Positions 51,910-64,000 of a DNA stretch of 64,000 nucleotides are shown here, one piece after another; position 1 is the first letter of the stretch; every line of letters starts with the position of its first letter. The DNA comes from the human T2T-CHM13v2.0 reference genome, Homo sapiens: the NCBI RefSeq assembly GCF_009914755.1, contig NC_060941.1. The stretch is one strand, 5' to 3'. Made by a program: the position numbers and the translations under genes. The notes below the pieces were generated by a model. The model searched no databases, was not told where the DNA came from, and saw nothing but the letters and a program-made list of their open reading frames with translations.

Positions 51910-54330
51910 CCAGGACCCGCGTGGGGCAGGGCGGGTTCCGCGGAGCGGCGGGGCGGGGCAGCAGGCGGAGGAACCTGAGGGCAGGTCGGGGCAGGCCACC
52001 CTCCTCGCACACCTGAAAATCCCTCTCTGACAAACAGCTGGAACTCCCCCACGCCCCCCTGAGGGTGGGAACTTCTGGGAAGGGGGCTGGGTGGCAGGGG
52101 CTGACTCAGCCTGCCAAACCCGGCTGGCTGGCTGGCGAGCCGGGGGCGGCCGCGTGCACGTGGCAGGGGCGGCGCGGGGGCAGGGCGGGGGGGCTCACTT
52201 ACTTGGATGGGCGCCGTGCTGAAATGGATCTTCCGGCTCGGGGCTGGGTCCTCCTCCTCCGACAGCCCCGGGATCTCCACGCACCCCGACTCGGGCTCGT
52301 AGGGGGGCTCCCCATCCTCCTCGTCGTCTTCGTCGTCCTCCTCCAGGGCACTGCCCGCAGAGTCCTCCCCGAGCCCACTGTAGGCGCTCACGTCCACCAA
52401 GTCCGCCTCCGAGAAGTCCTCCTTCTTGGATTCATCTACCTCCTCAGGGGCCACGTCCGGGGCCCGGCCATTGCCCACCCCCCTCTCTGGCGGCGCTACC
52501 GCCGCCGCCTCCTTCTCCGGGGCCGCTTGGGCCTTTGGCTCCTCGGGCGCGGGGCTGGCTGCAGTTGCCACGGTGCTGCCATTCTCCAGGGCCGCGTGGA
52601 CCGTAACCTCGGCCTGGATCACCTCCCCGGGCGCCGACTCGGCCTCCGACTCCCCGCTCTCCTCCACCTCCACCGGCTTAATCTTGCGCACCTCCCGGGG
52701 CTTGGGGGGCGGCCGGGCAGGGGCCACTCGGTGCTGCGGGGGCTGCTGCCCTGCGGGGCATCGCTCTTTCTCGGCCGGGGCATCCCCCGACGGGGCGGGC
52801 GGCGGCGGCGGCGGGGGCTGGAACACCCGGGACCGCTTGCTGACCAGCTTCGAGTTGACCTGGGGAACCCCTGCGGCCCTGGGGAGCCCGGGCCCGCGGT
52901 GGAGGCCGGTCCTCGAGTCGGCCTTCTCGAAGACGGCGCTGAGCTGGCTGACCGTGGGGGACACGGCGTCAGCGTCCAGCTTGTCCAGCGCCTCGGTGCT
53001 GCCGTTGAAGCGCACCACGACGTCCAGCTTCCGGTCCTGCAGGCCGGCGCGCTCCTGCCTCAGCAGCCGCCGCGCCGCGGCCTCCTTGTCGCCGCCTGCG
53101 GCCGCTGGGGCGCTCCGTTCGAACAGCTTCCGCGTCTCCTGCAGCCGGGACGGCGGGTGCGGCGGCGGCGCAGGCTGCGCGGAGGGCGCGGGCTTGGAGT
53201 CGAAGCGGCTCACGCGCTCCGACACGCTGGTGCCCAGCTTCAGCAGGGCGCTGTGGTCCACGTTCTCGTTCAGGCTGCTGGCCCGCGGCAGCGACAGGCG
53301 CACGCCGCGCTCGGACGCCCGTGGGGCCTCGGCCAGGCCCGCGCCGCCGCCCGCCTCGCCCGAGGGCCCCGCCGTCGTGCCCATCTGCAGGAACATACTT
53401 TTGATGCGGTGGACGTTGGAGCCATATTTCTTGTGGTGGGCCCCCTTGGGTGCCTCGTCGGGCCCGGGCGCGTCGGGCGGCTTCAGCGCCTGGATGCCCG
53501 CCTCGTAGGCGCTGCGGTGCGGGGAGGCGCTCCGGAGGGGACCCCCGGGCCCCCGTGGCTCCGTCTTCATCATGGTGGGGGGAGCCGGGTTCGCATGCCC
53601 CTGCTCCCCGCTCCCCCGCTTCAACAGGCGGCTGGCCAAGTCGGGACCACCGCCCCCTCCCCCCGATAAAAGAAACCCCGAAGGCCTTTTTTAGGGTCCC
53701 CCCAAAACCAAGCTGCCAAAAACAGTTAATCCCGCTTTAAAAAAAAAAATGAAAAAAAAAAAATCTCCAAGCGCCCTGTGTGTGGGTCGCCTCCCCCAAT
53801 CAAGCTGCCGAAGACAGCCAGCCCCGCTTCAAAAGCCCGAGCGGCCTGGTACGGTCGCCCCCACCCAAATTAGCAAAGCGGCGTCTGGGGCCGGTGGGAG
53901 CGCGCGCCCTGCCCGCGAAGCAGCCGCGGTGTCGCCGGCTCACATCGTCCGAGACGGTGTCAGCGGGGCTGGCAGCCCGGGCGTCCCCCAGTCCGGCCGG
54001 AGGCCTCGGCTCTCGGGGGGCCCGGCACCCCAACGCCCATGGCTGCTCCGCCGGCCCGGGCCGCTCCGCCGCCGCGCCTCCCTCCCTCCCTCCCTCCCCC
54101 CCGTGCCCCGAGCCTCGGTCTTTCTCTGGCTTTGCCCGAGCGGCGGCTGCCGGAGACCGAGCGGCTGCCCTTCTCGCAGCCGCCGCTGGGGGACTGGCAC
54201 CTCTGGGTCCTAAAGGGATCGGATTTCCGGGGCCGGAGCCTGTGAGCCCTCCCCTTCCCCTCCACCCGAACGGATCCCCTCCCCTCCCCAGCCCTCGCGG
54301 AGAGCCTTCCGCTGCCCCCGGACGTTGGCC
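51910..54330. promoter_or_regulatory. CpG island covering the PPP1R9B promoter and exon 1
   Basis: About 2.4 kb of very high CpG and GC content. Confidence 0.9.
52203..53573 (-). CDS. PPP1R9B: PPP1R9B exon 1 coding part (1371 nt)
   Basis: ccaccATGATGAAG; [26 protein letters not shown]...[13 protein letters not shown]|gtaagt; RVxF-type motif RKIHF at about 52221-52235. Confidence 0.97.
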
Positions 54331-54524
54331 AGCACTCTTCAACCTGCTTCCATCACAACTTCTGACTGCGGTCACAACCCACAGAACCGCACCTCCATGA
54401 AATATTGGGGGGAGGCAGTACATCCACGATGGTCTCAGTGTGAGGGGAGGGGGTTTGTAGGGAGGGGCAGAGGTTCATTCTTCAGTGTCCTCGGAGCTAG
54501 CTCTTCGGTGTGCTTCAAGCCTTT

Positions 54525-54655
54525 AGCATCAGAATCGCTGGGCACTTGGTAAAAATGCAGATTTCTGGGATCTCTCTCGAACCTTGTGAAGGAGAATCTC
54601 CGAGGCTGAACCCAGGAATCTGCATTTTAACACTTCACTACAGGCAATCTTTGGC
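54525..54655. mobile_element. MER5A-like hAT DNA transposon fragment
   Basis: catcagaatc...aaaatgcagatttctggg...cccaggaatctgcattttaac internal inverted repeat typical of MER5. Confidence 0.65.
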
Positions 54656-57600
54656 CCCCTTGGAGGTGTGAAACCTTGGCCCAGCGCTGGTGACCTTTCG
54701 ATGGTGGGGGAGGGGTGGTGAAGAAAGGAGGTGAACCCCGTCATCCAAGTAGCAGGGGATCACCAAAACTGCCGTTTAGAAGTCTGGAAAGGATGTCCTG
54801 TCGCCTGTCTGCTGTGCACCCGTCTTCAGGCCCCTACCCTGGCACTCCTGCCTCTCAAACCGGAAGGAAGGGTTTGGGAGCAGGAATTCGAGAGGCCTGG
54901 GGCCAAAGTTTCGCCAGTGAGAGCTCTAACTTGGGTCTCTGATTTAAAGGATCCTGGCCACTGTGTTCCGGTTGGGGTGGGGGGGTGGGGAGGGTGACAG
55001 TGACTTACACATCCCCTGTCCTGGCAACCCAGAAAGCTGTTTGATGCCCTCTGCACCCCCCGCATACACAGCTAGGGTGCTGGCGCTGCCTGGGCCCTGG
55101 GTGTGAGAGTCCGCCCTCTGGACAGGTCCAGGTGAGCTGGTTCAGTCCACACATCCCAGAAACTGGTGAACACAATGGGCCCTAGGACCCAGAGAACAAC
55201 TCAGGCACAAAGCCTCCCCCCACTCCCAGCTGCTTCCTGCATCTCAGGCCTTTCTGCGGCCTCTGCCTCCTCCCCCGCCCTCTTCCCCTCCATCCTCTTC
55301 CTCCTTTTCCTAATCTCCCACTCTCTCCCCCCTGGCCTGGAAGGGCTGGCAAAGGGAGCCCTCCTACCACTCCACTGCAGGGGTGTGTGTGGGTTTTGTG
55401 GGATATTAACGCGTTACCATGTGCAAAAGAGCTTAGAGTACAGCGTGGGGGATGGGGTGTGGGGAAGCCGCCTGGGAACCCTGGATATTGGGATCGGGAG
55501 GGGCCAGGAACCGCAGGACTGATCCTGAGGCTGGTGCTAAGGAAGAGGGAAGATCTAGGTTGTGAGCTAGAGCCGGAAGTGAACCCAGACCTCACACTTT
55601 CCAAATGCCACCTGCATCTTTGCCCAGTTGCCCAGGAAACTTACCCCTCCCCAGTTTTGCACTTTGGGATGGTGCAGGGTGAAGAAGTCTGTCTCCTAAC
55701 CCTTCTTAGAAGGCCTCTGTCAGGAGCAAGCTTTGGGACTTAGATTTCCAAACTCAAGATTGGGTCTTGAAAACCCCTCCCCACAGGCCCCCCAACCCCA
55801 ATATAGAAGTCCGGAGAAGACAGAAACCTCACCCAGTTGGGGTTTGGAAGTTTGTACAATGTACTCAGAAGCTCTTGTGTGGATTGGAGGAGGGCGCAGG
55901 CCCCTGTGTTCTGCCCAGAATCTCCCACACCCTTGGTGGTAGATCATCTTAACTGGTCCCAGCCCAAGGGGTCTGTGCCCACGCGTCTGGCCAGGTGGGG
56001 AAGCCCCCAGTTTCTGAGGGTGGGAGAAGGAGCTGAGAACCAGCTACCAGGCCCAGAGACCCTCGGACTCCCAGCATTTCCGGTAGCAGCTTAGAGCAAA
56101 CTGGAATTACAGGGGTGCTCTTGGGTCTCCCTTGTCCAAAGGATTATGAATCTCCGGACAAACCCCTTTAACAGACCCTTCTAGGGGGTTTGGGCTTCAA
56201 GAGGGTGGAGCTAGCCAGAGCTTGGGGGACTGAGGCTAATCAGTGGGATTATTATTTCATGGGCTCCTGGTTAGCAGAGCAACACCCTGGCCAGAATTCC
56301 CAAAGACGCTTTTATGGAGCGGTAAGTGCTTCACCATCACTTGTTCTCTGGTGTCAGGCACCAAGCCGGCTGGCCTGTGAGATGGGTGAAGAATGGGGTC
56401 TCATTCCCTCCATCCCTTCTCTGCCTGTCTGGAGCAGTAATCGCACCTGATAGGAACAAGGAGGGTTTGGGAGGGTTACCATCCAAACTGAAGGCTTTAA
56501 ATAGAATTTTCATTCATTGGGCTGTCATCTTCACCTACATCCTCCAGTGAGGAAGCACTCCAGGATAATTTAACCACCCTTTCTCTTTCCTTTGTCTTCA
56601 TGGAAGAGACTTTGATGGCCAAGTTGCCCAGTGGTCTTTGGATGGAAGTTCCTTCCTTACCTTTGCCTTGGCATAGAGTGGTTGACCTAGGAGCCAGGCT
56701 GCTAGGGTTCAAATCTTGGCTTCACTGCTTACTGGCTGTGTGACCTTGGACAAGTCACTTATCCTCCTCTGTGCCCTGGGAGGATGAAAGAAGGCCCAGA
56801 AAGGACGAGAGTGGCTCGGACACAGAAGATAGGGTGTGGGGGAGGAGACGCCTTTCCCAGCCTGTGCTAAAAAGGCCAGAGGCTGCGATAGGCAGAGATA
56901 ATTCACCCCCAACTCTCCTCCTGGTAACCGCCCCCCTGCCACAGCTTTCCCACACCCCCCCAAATCTGCTTAGGGCCCTTGGGAAGATGCTCTGTTAGGA
57001 CTCTTCCCCAAGGCTTGCTAGTTTTAAACACCAGGTGTAACTGCAAAGATAGTGATGAAGGCAGGGAGAGGCCTGACGAGCGATAAGTCCCGAGCCCTCA
57101 GCGCCCTGGGCGCAGGCCCGGGCTGGGTGCCAAGGCTGGCTTCTCTTTCCAGCCCTGGGGCCTTGAGACTCAGCTTCTAAAAGCGGTTTTTCCTTGGCCA
57201 CGGTCATCTAAGCAGAGGCTGGCCCAGACCCTGCACTTGGATCCTTTTGTGGTGAGCCAGTGGTCCCCACCCAGTTGCTCTCCTTCAAGAGTTGACCTCT
57301 GCCAGGGATTTGGGCTGGTTATAGGATGCTGGAAAGGTATGCTGGAAAGGTGTGTGTACACCTCAAATCCAGGATGTCAGTGTTGGAGGGGCCTTTAGTG
57401 GCCCTTGGCTGACCTCTTCACAGGGAGAATGACGAAAGCTGAGAAGTGACATACCTAGTTTTAAAGGAAACAGACCAGGCTAGGGTTCATGAGGCCTGAA
57501 TTGAGTCCTAGCTGCACTCATTTGCTGGATGACCGTGGGCTAGTCGTGTCCCCTCCCAAAGCCTGTTTCCTCAAAAAGCTTAGCTTGAGTGTCTGAGTGT

Positions 57601-59039
57601 TTCCTGAGCATAGATAACCCTAGGTGTCCCTCACTTTTGTGCATGCAGCACAGGCCTTGAAGCCAGGCCATCTCTGTTAGAATCTCCAACCTCCCACTCC
57701 CCAGCTAAGGGGCTTCAACAAATTCCTTCATCTATAAGATGAAGATAATATACCAACTTCATAGAGTTTTTGTGAGGAATAAATGGGTCCTCAATGCATA
57801 AGGCACTAAAAGGGGGCTCAGAGTGTTGGCTGTTACTGATTGCAGGGTATCCAAGCACATGTGGGGGTGTGTGCCTGCATGCACATGCGGGCAGGTGTGG
57901 CTGAGAATGAAACTCGGTGTTTGCATCTCTCTGTGTGTCTTCACAGGACTTTGGGGCTCTCATTTTCTTTAAGGTTCAATATGTGAAATTCTGAAATATA
58001 AACACCCCTTGCTTACAGCTTCTCCAAATCTTTGGGGGTCATTCTTGGGATGACCTCTCTTCTCTACTTCCCAAAGGGTTTTTCACTCCTGCCTGTGGGT
58101 GCCTCAAGCCCCTCATTGTCCCTGCAGGGAGAGGGGTCCCTTAGGGTCCTCTCACAGCTAGGAGACTGCCTTGCTGCTGGTTCCCTCTGCTGTACCCAGT
58201 TTCTTTCTATCACTCTCCACACTTGCTCCAGTGGCTCTTGGAAAGTTCAGATACATCTTGGAGACTAGGGAGGGAGACTTGGTAGGAGGAGTCAGGGTGT
58301 GTGTGTGTGTTGGGGGGCGGGGGAAGGGGTTGGACAGAGGAAAGATTTCTCCAAATCATCAGTTGCTTTAAAAGAAAGCCTATATTTAGCTGGGCTTAGA
58401 GGGCCTGTAAATATGTATTTTGCAAGGCAGACAGCCCGTAGCTGTGGGAGCTCCAGAGATATGCAGGGAGGTCAAAGAAAAAAAAAATAATCAGAAAGAT
58501 TAGGCAATATATTTTGTCATCAGCAGATTCAAAAAACTCTACTGCCTGCTCTCACTGCTAATAATACACATTTCTGTGTTTCGATGGTTCCTATGTTTCA
58601 TCTGCCCTCCAGATCTTGTGCAGTGGGTGCCTGAGAAGGAGACTGGCTCTCGGAGACACCTTTTCCTGCCAGCCTTTGCCTCATCTGCCCTGGGTCAGAG
58701 GAAACAGCATCCCACCATCTCCATCCCCACTAGCCCGCCAGGCTCTGCCTGGCGCAGGTACAGCCTCCAGAACACCAGCTCTCAGGTCTCCCACGCTCAG
58801 TGCCCAGCACGCAGGTGGCTTTGGGGTGAGGTGTGGGGTGAGAAATCCTGCACTTCAGGGCAGTTCTACTTCAGAGACCTCTTTTTTCCTACAAAAATGT
58901 TCATTAATTGTTTTTTTACTTTTACTTTGAAAAGTTTCTTTAACAGTAAGAGGCCTTCAAAGAATCATGTGACAGAATTTACAAATGCTAGCAATGTGTC
59001 ATTTTTGCTTTGGGTTTTTACATATAAAAGAGAATATTT

Positions 59040-59817
<778 letters not shown>

Positions 59818-59949
59818 TCAGTGTGTACAGGTCACTGGCATTAAGTACAATCACCTTGTTGTGGAGCCATCACCACCATCTATCTCTAGAACTTACTTTC
59901 ATCTTCCAGAGCTAAAACTCCATACCCATATAAGTCCCCATTCCCCTCT

Positions 59950-63560
<3,611 letters not shown>

Positions 63561-63583
63561 ACTTTTGCCTCTTATTTTCCTAA

Positions 63584-63883
<300 letters not shown>

Positions 63884-64000
63884 CTTATTTTCCTAATCCT
63901 TCTATCAGTGAATGGTGGCTTCTAAATCTGACCTTTTCCAGCTCTTGGGCTGTGCCTGTGGGCTGGCCCTGGGCAGCTATTACCTTGCACTGTCAGTTAT

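Noticed and set aside
51840-53639. 599-aa ORF as a single-exon protein
   Set aside because: It is PPP1R9B exon 1 plus read-through past the strong CAA|gtaagt donor and a TTG-started extension.
52065-53669. Long plus-strand ORFs (534 aa and 360 aa) antisense to PPP1R9B exon 1
   Set aside because: Shadow ORFs of a very GC-rich coding exon; non-ATG starts, low-complexity products and no recognisable domain.

Overview
Human-type (primate, Alu-rich) genomic DNA that I recognise as the 17q21.33 PDK2-SAMD14-PPP1R9B locus. Plus strand: PDK2 coding exons 2-11 (exon 1 is upstream of the window; stop at 13197-13199). Minus strand: the complete SAMD14 gene (9 coding exons summing to 1254 nt = 417 aa, a non-coding exon 1 in a CpG island, and an in-frame 84-nt cassette exon followed by a 50-nt intron) and the complete PPP1R9B/spinophilin gene (10 exons summing to 2454 nt = 817 aa). 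All exon boundaries were read from GT-AG sites and checked for frame continuity. The last ~5.5 kb is AT-richer and dense in Alu, L1 and LTR sequence. Main hypothesis: PPP1R9B and SAMD14 are the two halves of a split neurabin gene, since SAMD14 matches my recollection of the neurabin-1 C-terminal half and lies in tandem behind a weak CATAAA poly(A) signal. Other signals: a palindromic bidirectional poly(A) site between PDK2 and SAMD14, a dense nuclear-receptor DR1 cluster, a GATA/E-box/RUNX/ETS enhancer, a recursive-splice-type exon in PDK2, a candidate (UG)n-flanked cryptic exon, intronic polyadenylation and uORFs. Repeat boundaries and subfamily calls are by eye and approximate.
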